A stretch of DNA of 64,000 bases from Candidatus Latescibacterota bacterium (lineage in GTDB: Bacteria > Latescibacterota > UBA2968 > SICM01), in assembly GCA_965217865.1 (NCBI GenBank), contig CBDCJO010000002.1, positions 5,248,001 through 5,312,000 on the forward strand, given 5' to 3'. Below the pieces are notes generated by a model. That model had not been told where the DNA came from. It searched no databases and saw only the letters and a list, made by a program, of their open reading frames with translations. Positions 48,349 to 57,106 of this stretch are shown piece by piece; within the stretch, counting starts at the first letter, position 1; every line of letters starts with the position of its first letter. Made by a program: the position numbers and the translations under genes.

Positions 48349-49083
48349 ATGGGCCGGTTAGACGGCAAAGTTGCGATCATCACGGGTGGGGGAGGTGGGA
48401 TCGGCCGCGCGATGGCGCTGACATTTGCGCGGGAAGGTGCGAAGGTGACAGTGGTGGATAATCGTGAGGAGATGGCAGCTCAAACCCTGAGGGATGTCGA
48501 GAGGATCGGGGGAGATGGGGCGGCTTTGCAGGTAGACGTGACGAAGGATGAGGAGGTGCGCGGGATGGTGGGGCAGACAGTCGATCGATTCGGTCAGGTG
48601 GATATCCTGGTCAACAATGCGGGTATCTTTGCCGTCTATACCACCGAGACCTGCCCGGATGAAGAGTGGGACCGGATTTTCAATGTGAACACAAAGGGTG
48701 TTTTTCTCTGCAGTAGGGCGGTAATAGGACCGATGCGCGAGCGGAAAACCGGTGCGATCATCAACATGTCCTCTCTCGCGGCTAAAACCGGGGGACTGGC
48801 GGCCGGTCCTCCTTATTCGGCCTCCAAGGCGGCTGTCGCCTGTTATACCTGGTCCCTTGCCAAAGAGGTGGCCCCCGATATTCGGGTCAACGGGATTTTA
48901 CCCGGTCTCATCGATACCGAGATGACGAAGAATCACCCGGATTCCCTGGTTGCCGGAACGCCTCTAAAAAGAAAGGGGACGCCCCAGGAGGTGGCTAATG
49001 CGGCCCTCTTCCTGGCTTCGGATGAGGCATCCTTCGTTACGGGAGAGTTGATCAGCGTGAACGGCGGATTGTTCATGGATTGA
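48349..49083 (+). CDS. SDR family oxidoreductase
   Basis: TGGGGGIG, NNAG, YSASK, PGLIDT. Confidence 0.93.
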   Translation: MGRLDGKVAIITGGGGGIGRAMALTFAREGAKVTVVDNREEMAAQTLRDVERIGGDGAALQVDVTKDEEVRGMVGQTVDRFGQVDILVNNAGIFAVYTTETCPDEEWDRIFNVNTKGVFLCSRAVIGPMRERKTGAIINMSSLAAKTGGLAAGPPYSASKAAVACYTWSLAKEVAPDIRVNGILPGLIDTEMTKNHPDSLVAGTPLKRKGTPQEVANAALFLASDEASFVTGELISVNGGLFMD

Positions 49084-49179
49084 AAAGGGCCGGCAAGCGA
49101 AAAACGTGAAACGGCAAACGGATAATTAAAAAGGAAGGGGGTTTTTGAAGGGAAACAGATCAATCGGTTTAATGTTTTG

Positions 49180-50030
49180 GTAGGGGCGACCCGTTGGGTC
49201 GCCCATTGTCATTTGGGGTGGTTTGGAGTCTTACAGTGTGATTTCTACCGTGATGTCAAGCAGGTCTCGAAGGCGTGCAACCGCCCCCCCTGCGGCTTAA
49301 GTCACACCGGGGCACCCCTCCCGGGATGGGATTGGTGAAGTCCCCTCCTTGGAGGGGATTTAGGGGTGGATATGAGATAAGGAAAGACAGGATAGATTGG
49401 AGAGGCTCGGTTTTCGGGTGCTGCGATTTACTGAGGGTAATGTTAAGTAAAATCTCGAAGGTTGTGCTACATGGGATTCGGAATTGGATAGATGAGAATG
49501 GGATATGACCCACCCCGCCCCGGCTTAAATCACGCCGGGGAACCCCTCCCGGGAGGGGATTTAGAGTCTTACAGTATGACTTCTACGTATGCGGCTAAGG
49601 TCTAAATTGTAATAAGCTTCGACCACATTAAAATCTTCTGTGGCCTTCGACAAGCTCAGGATAAACTCCGTCGCATTTTTTGCGGAACGCAGTCGAAGGA
49701 CGGGGATGGGAGCCGGCATGGCGAGGGAATAAATTCCCTCGCCATCCTATCTAAGATACGTAAATCAATTTTTAGTCCCCGCTGATTGAAGTCCGCGAGG
49801 TAATGGGATAACCCCTTAGATTTGTGGGACCCGACTCCAGTCGGGGAATAAGGCCAACAGCCAAAAGAAAAGCATGGATCCTGGCCCTCCAGAGCCTATT
49901 CCCGGTCTGGAGACCGGTCCCACAAATTTTGGCCATATATGGCTATGGATTTTTATTGCAACTGAGCGTAACCAAGCCGCAATAAGGAATTATCAAATTG
50001 TAGGGGCACCGCATGCCGTGCCCCTACTGA
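49180..50030. repeat. REP/palindrome cluster of several families
   Basis: GTAGGGGCGACCC..GGGTCGCCC; CCCCTCC-TT-GGAGGGG; CCTTCGACAAGCTCAGG; TGGCGAGGGAA-TAAA-TTCCCTCGCCA; GTGGGACC..GGTCCCAC pair; GTAGGGGCAC..GTGCCCCTAC. Confidence 0.8.
49372..49508 (+). pseudogene. DUF559/Vsr-like endonuclease remnant between inverted REPs
   Basis: ATG AGA abuts DKERQDRLERLGFRVLRFTEGNVK*NLE...VLHGIRNWIDENGI*. Confidence 0.7.
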
Positions 50031-50050
50031 CCGTTCGAACGGATTAGCCC

Positions 50051-51097
50051 TCAATTTCTCGCAAACCGGTACGGCGACGGCCTCGGAAGAGCTTCCAGCA
50101 AGGCCTCCGTTGTCGGAAATAGCAGATCGGCCTTCCTTGACGTGACTGAAAAAACCTGCCCGGTTGTCCTGAGACGCAGGTAAACACCCCCCTTAGCATG
50201 CTGCGTCCCTACTTCGAGCGTATCGACTGCCCCCTCAATATCCTCCAGGTAAAGTACCCGCTTCGTCCGGTCGAAACCGTATTCGGATTCAGGGATATGA
50301 GGGTCGTATAACGCCTCGTACTGCAGGCCGGAGAGGAAGCCGATGTAGGCGAAGGCGCTTGTCGTATTGCACGCTTTCTCCTTTCCCCGCACCACGACGT
50401 ACCACTCGTATGTGGGCCCTTCCGGGAGTCGCCCCAGTGAACCGAGAGAATCCGCGATCGTTAGGCGGCGCAGAGTCTTCGTTGGACCCGTCTTATAGAT
50501 GACTTTAACGATGGGTTTCCTTGGAATCGCCCGGGGAAACACGTGAGGATCGATCATCGGGGGCTTCCCGGGAAGCGCTGGTCCCATCGCGAGACGGGGA
50601 TTTGCGTGGAAATGATAGACTGTATCCCATCCTGCTATTTGCACGTAGGATTCGCTCGCATCCCTCCCGGGGAGATCCTGCCCTACCCACAACTCAAGAA
50701 ACCCGCCGCCGGAGGCGTCTGTCAAGCGGACAGCCGTTGCCTGCTTGGGGGAGAGGCCGAATCGTGTGAAGGCCTCCGGATCCGTGCCGACGATCGACCC
50801 CATTCCCTTCAGGATCCCTTTGAGCAGCCGCTCCACGCGGTCCGTCTGCACGTAAGCGTCGAAAGTGTCGGGATAGCGCCAGGTTGAACCATCGAATCGG
50901 TAAGTGTATGGCTTCAAGTCTATTGCGGGAAACACTTGAAATTGTTGAACACGTTCGATAGAGAGTTTCGCAGGATCGACCAGCGCGCGAATCGCCCCGC
51001 TTTGGATGCGTCGTGCTGCCTCCCGGGTTCGTAGCATTTGGTCGGCGACGATCAGGATGGCCAGGACCACGATCGAAATTGCGAGGTGTCGGTTCAT
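50051..51097 (-). CDS. DUF4340-type ABC-associated membrane-anchored protein
   Basis: ATG 51097 overlaps the upstream stop (ATGA); N-terminal TM; repeated (F/Y)G(L/F)...L.VG...Y units. Confidence 0.75.
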   Translation of the reverse strand: MNRHLAISIVVLAILIVADQMLRTREAARRIQSGAIRALVDPAKLSIERVQQFQVFPAIDLKPYTYRFDGSTWRYPDTFDAYVQTDRVERLLKGILKGMGSIVGTDPEAFTRFGLSPKQATAVRLTDASGGGFLELWVGQDLPGRDASESYVQIAGWDTVYHFHANPRLAMGPALPGKPPMIDPHVFPRAIPRKPIVKVIYKTGPTKTLRRLTIADSLGSLGRLPEGPTYEWYVVVRGKEKACNTTSAFAYIGFLSGLQYEALYDPHIPESEYGFDRTKRVLYLEDIEGAVDTLEVGTQHAKGGVYLRLRTTGQVFSVTSRKADLLFPTTEALLEALPRPSPYRFARN

Positions 51098-54000
51098 GGG
51101 TTTCGGATCGGTTTTTGTCGCCTGAAATAACGTCTCAGACCATACAAAAGAATCGCTATGGGGCCCGCGCCCACGGCGAAAAACCGCCACAACCCTTTCT
51201 CCCGGGGGTCCTGAAAAACAAATCCCTGCCGGGTCTGGTTCCGGGCCTGGAGTTTGGCCATATCCGGGCCAAACGCCAGGTTGGCGACTGCGTTCAAAAG
51301 GAACTGGTTGTGCTGGAACTCAGGCGCATAGAGGTACTCGTCCCTGAACATCTCAGAACATCCAATCAGGAGCAGGGTCCCTTCCGCCTTCGCCGCATCC
51401 GAATCCTTAAGGCGCATCTCCCTGCCCCCGTCCTCCTCCTGAAAATTAACCTGAGGAAACCTCCCCTGAAGCATCATTGCTAGGGGCTGTTGGCCGGGAA
51501 GGAATTCTTGGAGGCTAAACGCCTCATCCGGCAGCCATCCCCCCTTCCAGTTGTAGGACCAGGACTTATCTGAAGTGGTGATCAGGACCTTGGGCGTGAT
51601 GTTCAGGGAATCCATCCTTGTTTGGTCCAGCGAAAACCGGTTTCCCCAGATAAAAAGCTGGTCTCCCAGCCTTCGCGTAATCGGGGATCCGCTCGAAAAG
51701 TTGGGGCCTACCGCCCGGATCAGAAAGGGGAGCGCCACTTCCTGCCCTTCGTACTCCCGGACCGCCCTTCGGTTGATTTGGGTCTCCAGACGCAGATGGG
51801 ATCGAGTCCTGTCCATCAGGACCTCCCGGACCTGTTCAACGCCGAACAGGCGCAGATAGGGGTTCAGATCCTGGAACTGCGGCTGTGGCCAGTAGACTGT
51901 CCGGAATCCCCTTCCCCGGTACTGGCGCTGCTGGATGTTGAAGTGCTGCAGGGCCACGATCGCTGTACCCCCACTTGACAGGTGGTCGCTCAGCAGGCGG
52001 ATAGCATTTGTCGCATCCCGGCGGGGTTGGAACCAGAGCAGCAGATCGGTTCCCTCCGGCAAATAGGGGTTTCGGGGGTCGACGGGGTGTACCCTGTACC
52101 CGTAGGCACCCAGCATCCGCTTTGCTTCGCTGTAGACGTCCGCACCCTTGGGGGGAATCAACCCTTTCTGGTGGTAGTCGTGGAAAGCTTCGGCGGGTGA
52201 AAGCCGGGGGGATTCGGCGATCACGGCCACCAGGGGCGCCTCGGCGCTCTCGATGCGGCGGACCGCGGCCACAAGGAGAAACTCGAGGTGGTCCAGCGTG
52301 CGTGTGTCAAGCCGGGGTATGATTGTGCTGCCTCCCCCCAGTGTAACGCGGAGGCCGCTCCAAACCTGACGGGAGACGGTTTCGTCGTTCAGAACAGTTC
52401 TCACCTCGAACGGCCCGAGACCCTGGGATGACAATGATGTCAAATCCGATTGTGGAAGCAGGTCGGGACGGAGGACCCGGACGTTAATCCCCAATTCGCG
52501 AAGCCTGGCGCGGATAGCCGCCTCGAGATGCTTCATGGAAGCGGGGAGGGAGGCCTTCGGGGTGATCACGAGCTCCACGCTCAGATTCGGGCTTCGTTCT
52601 GATAGCATTTGCCGGACCCGGAGCACGGGCGTGTTTGCCGCATCCCGGGTCAAGTCAAGGACAATACCGCCCGCATCCTGCCACATCTGCATCCCCATGA
52701 ACACAATCGCCAGAGCGATGGCTACGCGAATGGATAACCGGCGCCTCGGGGCGGACCAGGTCCCGCCCGTGGCTATGTAACGGCGAATCCCCAGGGCGAG
52801 GAGCAGAATCGGGATCAGAAACAGGGTTACGACCCGCCAGAAGGACCGTGAATAGGCGCTCAGAGGGGGAATCTCGGGAGGCGTGTAACGCTTCATACGT
52901 GCCCGAACAAGACGCTGCGGATCTGAATAGGTGCGCATCAGGGTCTTCAGAAACACCCTGTGTCCGTATCCGGGCTGGTTCAGGATGCCGTCCCGGAACA
53001 GGCTGGAGCTTCCCAGGACCAGGACCTGTCCCTTCCAGGGATCTTCAGGCTTAAGGAGGAGCATCAGGTTCTGCTTGCCGACCTTAAGCCGGGGTGTGAG
53101 TCCGGCATTGTCGAAGGGTTTTTGAGGAAGGCCTTCCACCCAGGCCTCTTCCGTGGTCGTGGCGAGGAGTTCGGCCTGATACCCGGCATCGGCCAGAAGG
53201 CGAGGTATGATCTGCAGGGGACTGGACGAGACGAAACTGAGACCGCCCCTTGCGGGGCCGGCAAAGCCCTTCAGGTTGTAGAACCCGGGCATGCAGCGGA
53301 GGTGAAACGGCGCTTCGACCTCGTGGACCTCACCCCCGGGGTCTGCCCAGAAGACAGGACCGCTCCGGCTGTCCATCAGAAGATCCGGTTGGGGGCGAAG
53401 ACCCAGGGGGGAAAGGAGAGACGCCCAGGCGGGTGACAGGGGAAAAGCCCGGTACTGGATCCCACCTGTTTCCGCTTTTTCATACTCCACGGTATACTGG
53501 CTGCCTGCCAGTACGGCGGTTCTCCCCGCCTCCAGGAAGCGTTGAAATTCCTTCAGATGGGAGGCGGTCATCCGTGCGGGCTGGATCCAGAACAACACAT
53601 CGGTCTCGGGCGGGATTCGGGGGTCGCTGTCCAGGTTGATCCGGATGACGTGTCCGAACTCTTTCAGGTGCTCCGCCAGCAGCTCGAAAGGCGGTGGGGC
53701 CGATACCGCGAACGTTGGACGCGGAGGATCCCTTAAAGCCTTCAGATTCTTGACGATTAGGTCTTCGAGATGCGGGAAATCGGTGGGTGTGATCCCCTGG
53801 ATCAGGACATCCTGATATTGTCCGTGAGAGAGGACCAGGGAGGACCAGACTTTCTGTTCGCTGTGCTCATCTCGGAGGATCCGGCGGGAACTGAAGGGAG
53901 AGGCTTTTTTTCGAGCGGCATAAGCCGCCCCCGAAGCGCCGCTCAACTCGGGGTCCAGGACCCGATACACGATTTTATCGGGTGCCTGGCGTTTTAAGGC

Positions 54001-54288
54001 ATCCAGAAGCGTGATTACTGAGCTTTCCACCCCTTTCAAATGAGATGGCATACGATCCCGGGCTGATACGAAGTAGGTAACGGCAAGTGGGCTCTTGAGC
54101 CCTGCCAGAAAAGCCCTGGTGTCCGACGAGAGGCTGGCGATGTCCCTTCCGGAGAGATCCAGTTTCACGCCACCGATGCGTGTAGCGATCCGCCCGGCGT
54201 AGACCACGATGAGGAGGAGGAAAAGGAAGAGGAGGATCGCACTTAGGATGAAACGTCGGTGGGCGGAGAGCCTAAAAATAGATCTCAT
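51094..54288 (-). CDS. GldG-like ABC auxiliary protein with duplicated domain
   Basis: Two halves, each TM-(K/V)LDL(S/T)...VWS.L...FQP...DLLMD/EVLMD...LL.GxS.(L/M)FRD-TM. Confidence 0.8.
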   Translation of the reverse strand: MRSIFRLSAHRRFILSAILLFLFLLLIVVYAGRIATRIGGVKLDLSGRDIASLSSDTRAFLAGLKSPLAVTYFVSARDRMPSHLKGVESSVITLLDALKRQAPDKIVYRVLDPELSGASGAAYAARKKASPFSSRRILRDEHSEQKVWSSLVLSHGQYQDVLIQGITPTDFPHLEDLIVKNLKALRDPPRPTFAVSAPPPFELLAEHLKEFGHVIRINLDSDPRIPPETDVLFWIQPARMTASHLKEFQRFLEAGRTAVLAGSQYTVEYEKAETGGIQYRAFPLSPAWASLLSPLGLRPQPDLLMDSRSGPVFWADPGGEVHEVEAPFHLRCMPGFYNLKGFAGPARGGLSFVSSSPLQIIPRLLADAGYQAELLATTTEEAWVEGLPQKPFDNAGLTPRLKVGKQNLMLLLKPEDPWKGQVLVLGSSSLFRDGILNQPGYGHRVFLKTLMRTYSDPQRLVRARMKRYTPPEIPPLSAYSRSFWRVVTLFLIPILLLALGIRRYIATGGTWSAPRRRLSIRVAIALAIVFMGMQMWQDAGGIVLDLTRDAANTPVLRVRQMLSERSPNLSVELVITPKASLPASMKHLEAAIRARLRELGINVRVLRPDLLPQSDLTSLSSQGLGPFEVRTVLNDETVSRQVWSGLRVTLGGGSTIIPRLDTRTLDHLEFLLVAAVRRIESAEAPLVAVIAESPRLSPAEAFHDYHQKGLIPPKGADVYSEAKRMLGAYGYRVHPVDPRNPYLPEGTDLLLWFQPRRDATNAIRLLSDHLSSGGTAIVALQHFNIQQRQYRGRGFRTVYWPQPQFQDLNPYLRLFGVEQVREVLMDRTRSHLRLETQINRRAVREYEGQEVALPFLIRAVGPNFSSGSPITRRLGDQLFIWGNRFSLDQTRMDSLNITPKVLITTSDKSWSYNWKGGWLPDEAFSLQEFLPGQQPLAMMLQGRFPQVNFQEEDGGREMRLKDSDAAKAEGTLLLIGCSEMFRDEYLYAPEFQHNQFLLNAVANLAFGPDMAKLQARNQTRQGFVFQDPREKGLWRFFAVGAGPIAILLYGLRRYFRRQKPIRNP

Positions 54289-54339
54289 ATATTAGGGGTA
54301 ACTGGAAGTCTGGCAGTAGGTTGTGTGGAATAAAAAACG

Positions 54340-54875
54340 TGAGGCAGAGCATCAGCGGGCCACAGGCCCGTGATTCCTTGGCCCAGCCCAACGGGCTGGG
54401 TTTTGAATGTGGGCGCATCAGCGGGCCAACGGTCCGCGATCCGGACCAATCCCACACATACCTGTAGATGAATCAGGATGCGGGACAGGAATTGGGGGAT
54501 GTGAAATTATCGCGGCCCTTCAGGCCGCACGACGCTATTTTATTTCACTAACAGGGCGACTCGCCTGGGTTAAGGAACAACGCGCCGTTGGCGCTGAAAG
54601 AAGGTTTTTGGTGGAAAGCGAAGTTCTTTAGGTGACGCATCAACGGGCCAACGGCCCGTTGATTCCTTTGCCCAGTCCGACGGGCTGGGTTTTTAATGTG
54701 AGTGATTCGAGCGGGCCAACGGTCCGCGATCCGGATCAATCCCACCCATACCGTTATTATCGCGGCCCTTCAGGCCGCACGACGCTATTTTATTTCACTA
54801 ACCCAGGGCGTTGCCCTGGGTTGAGGAACAACGCGCCGTTGGCGCTGAAAGAAACCCCTGACTACAGTCTCGGCG
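54340..54875. mobile_element. Tandem REP-rich mini-elements, copies 3 and 4, inside the ABC operon
   Basis: Same palindromes as 20580 and 25489; minus strand 54500-54449 reads IPQFLSRILIHL followed by YVWD. Confidence 0.8.
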
Positions 54876-54972
54876 TCAAAACCATCCTGAATTGAAGAGG
54901 CCATTGCCTTTGATCTTCCTGCCAACTGCTGCCTTTCCCTGATCCTTGACCTCCGACCCCTGACCTCCGTTC

Positions 54973-55740
54973 TCAATACTTGCTCTGCCTCAACGTCACC
55001 TCGTTCATCCAGATGAAAAACGCGCTCATCAGGACGAAGTAGAGGGTGGGTGTCAGGCCAAAAACGCCTCTCCCGAAGGCTTCGTAATGGGGCATCACGG
55101 AGATCGATTCGTAGAGGAGGGTGCCGATCTGCCATTCCGGCACCAGGCCGTCGAGGACTTCAACCACTTTTTCGTGCCCGCTGAACACGAAAACGAAGCA
55201 GAACAGGGCCCCCAGGACGAAGGCGATGATCTGGTCCCGCGTCAGTCCCGAGACAAAGAGGCCGGCAGCCAGGAAGAAGGCCCCGAGCAGGACCGCCCCT
55301 AGATAATTGGCGAATATCAACCCGAAATCCGGGTTTCCTAAATAAGAGAGCATGATGACGATCGGGAGGCTGCCCATCAGCACGATGAAATAGAAGCAGA
55401 GGGCGGCCAGGTATTTTCCCAGGACAATCTGGAATGGCTGGAGGGGCAGGGTCATCAACAGTTCAAAGGTGTTGTTCGAACGCTCTTCAGCCCATCCCCG
55501 CATCGTGATTGCGGGGATAAAGGGGATCAGGAGGAAGGGGAGGATTTCAAAATAGGGGCCCATATCCAGGAGGCCGTTGAGGAAGAAGGCGTTCATGAAG
55601 GTGGAGCAGGAGAGGACCAGGAAGACCGAGGCGTAGATGTAGGCGATGGGGGCGTCGAAATAGGCTTCCAGCTCCCGCGAAAAGACGACTCTGGCGCCGC
55701 CCAAGAATTCCCTCGATGTAAGTCGATTCGGATCAGGCAT
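54973..55740 (-). CDS. ABC-2 permease, GldF-like
   Basis: RELEAYFDAPIAY, PAITMR..AEER..TFELLMTLP, GKYLA, TRDQIIAF. Confidence 0.9.
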   Translation of the reverse strand: MPDPNRLTSREFLGGARVVFSRELEAYFDAPIAYIYASVFLVLSCSTFMNAFFLNGLLDMGPYFEILPFLLIPFIPAITMRGWAEERSNNTFELLMTLPLQPFQIVLGKYLAALCFYFIVLMGSLPIVIMLSYLGNPDFGLIFANYLGAVLLGAFFLAAGLFVSGLTRDQIIAFVLGALFCFVFVFSGHEKVVEVLDGLVPEWQIGTLLYESISVMPHYEAFGRGVFGLTPTLYFVLMSAFFIWMNEVTLRQSKY

Positions 55741-56479
55741 GGGCCGCTTCTCCTTGTTCCGATTGGCGGACCAGGTGGGTAAAGATGCCTTCCAGGTCGT
55801 TTCCCGATAGGCCGGTCTGTTTCCCCAGTTCCTCTTTTCGGCCGTCGGCCAGCAGCCGGCCGTTGTTGATGATCAGCACGCGGTCGCTCAGGGCCGAGAC
55901 TTCCCCGATGATGTGGGTGCTGAAGAGGATCACACGGTCCCGTCTGAGGCCGCGCAGCAGGTCGCGGAAGGCCAGCACCTGCATGGGGTCGAATCCGTGA
56001 GTGGGCTCGTCGAGCAGGAGGATGGGCGGGTCGTGGATCAGCGCGGTGGCCATGCCGATCCGCTGGCGGAATCCGGTTGAGCACTGGACGACCCGTTTCA
56101 GGAGCACCTCTTCGATTCCGGAGACATCCACGACCCAGTCGAACTGTCTTTTCAGGGCTTTTCCGCGAAGCCCACGGGCTTTTCCGATAAACTCGAGGAA
56201 TTTGTCCACCCGCATGCCCTGGTAGAGCGGGGTATCCCCCGAGAGGTACCCGATCAGTCGACGCACTGCGAGCGGATTTGCCACAACGTCCAGCCCGTCG
56301 ACCGTAATAACCCCTTCCGTGGGATAGATGAAGGTGGAGAGCATCTTCAAGACCGTGCTCTTGCCCGCACCGTTAGGGCCCACGAAACCGACGATTTCAT
56401 CCGGTTTGAGGGTGAAGCTGATGTCTTCGACGGCCTTGATTCGGCCGTATCTTTTTGTAACGGACTGGGCCTGGATCAT
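55733..56479 (-). CDS. ABC ATP-binding protein, GldA-like
   Basis: GPNGAGKST, CSTGFRQR, LLLDEPT, STH. Confidence 0.93.
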   Translation of the reverse strand: MIQAQSVTKRYGRIKAVEDISFTLKPDEIVGFVGPNGAGKSTVLKMLSTFIYPTEGVITVDGLDVVANPLAVRRLIGYLSGDTPLYQGMRVDKFLEFIGKARGLRGKALKRQFDWVVDVSGIEEVLLKRVVQCSTGFRQRIGMATALIHDPPILLLDEPTHGFDPMQVLAFRDLLRGLRRDRVILFSTHIIGEVSALSDRVLIINNGRLLADGRKEELGKQTGLSGNDLEGIFTHLVRQSEQGEAAHA

Positions 56480-56805
56480 CAGGGGGCAAGGGGCTGGGAG
56501 TGAAAAGAAGCTTAAGCTGACAGTAAGGTCCTACTTATACGTTAAAATCGGAGAAAGATCAAGGGAAAGAGCTGGAAGAGCGGGCAAACGGCAAACGTGA
56601 AACGGCAGACGGAAGTCGGGGGGCAGGAGTCAGAATCCAGGAAGGGGGAACAAAACGATTAGCTAAGCGAGTCATAAGCCATTAACGAAGACCTCCTGAG
56701 CGGAGTTCCGCGGTTTTTGCGGAATGTAGTCGAAGGACCGGGATGGGTTTGGGGCAATTCTCCGGAGAGGCGAGGGATTCCAAATAGAAAACACAATGAT
56801 TGGGC

Positions 56806-57075
56806 GTAGGGGCCAACTTGTGTGTCCGGCCCAATCAGGAGGGCGAACCGGCAGGCCGCCGTTTCCCACCCGATTATGGCAACGGAATTATTATGAACAG
56901 ATCATCCGCGATGATGGGCTTTTTAACCTTGACCGGGTCAATATGTGGAAGTACCTTAATCCTTAATTTTTATTGGATAGGAGAATGCATCCCCTTAGTT
57001 GTGACGGATATACGGAATTCGATCTGCGGTCAAACCTAACCCCCAAACCCCCTTCCCGAAACGGGAAGGGGGCTA
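56806..57075 (+). pseudogene. RAYT (REP-associated tyrosine transposase) C-terminal remnant next to a GTAG-type REP
   Basis: GTAGGGGCC...GGCCC, then PPFPTRLWQRNYYEQIIRDD (56856-56915); CCCCTTCCC-GAAAC-GGGAAGGGG at ~57048. Confidence 0.75.
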
Positions 57076-57106
57076 TCGCCTCTATTTTAGCCGAACTTCA
57101 AACAAT

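Noticed and set aside
54340-54875. Palindromic repeat cluster as a CRISPR array or riboswitch
   Set aside because: It consists of long composite duplicated units with transposase-terminal codons and no constant repeat-spacer period, so it is better explained as REP mini-elements.
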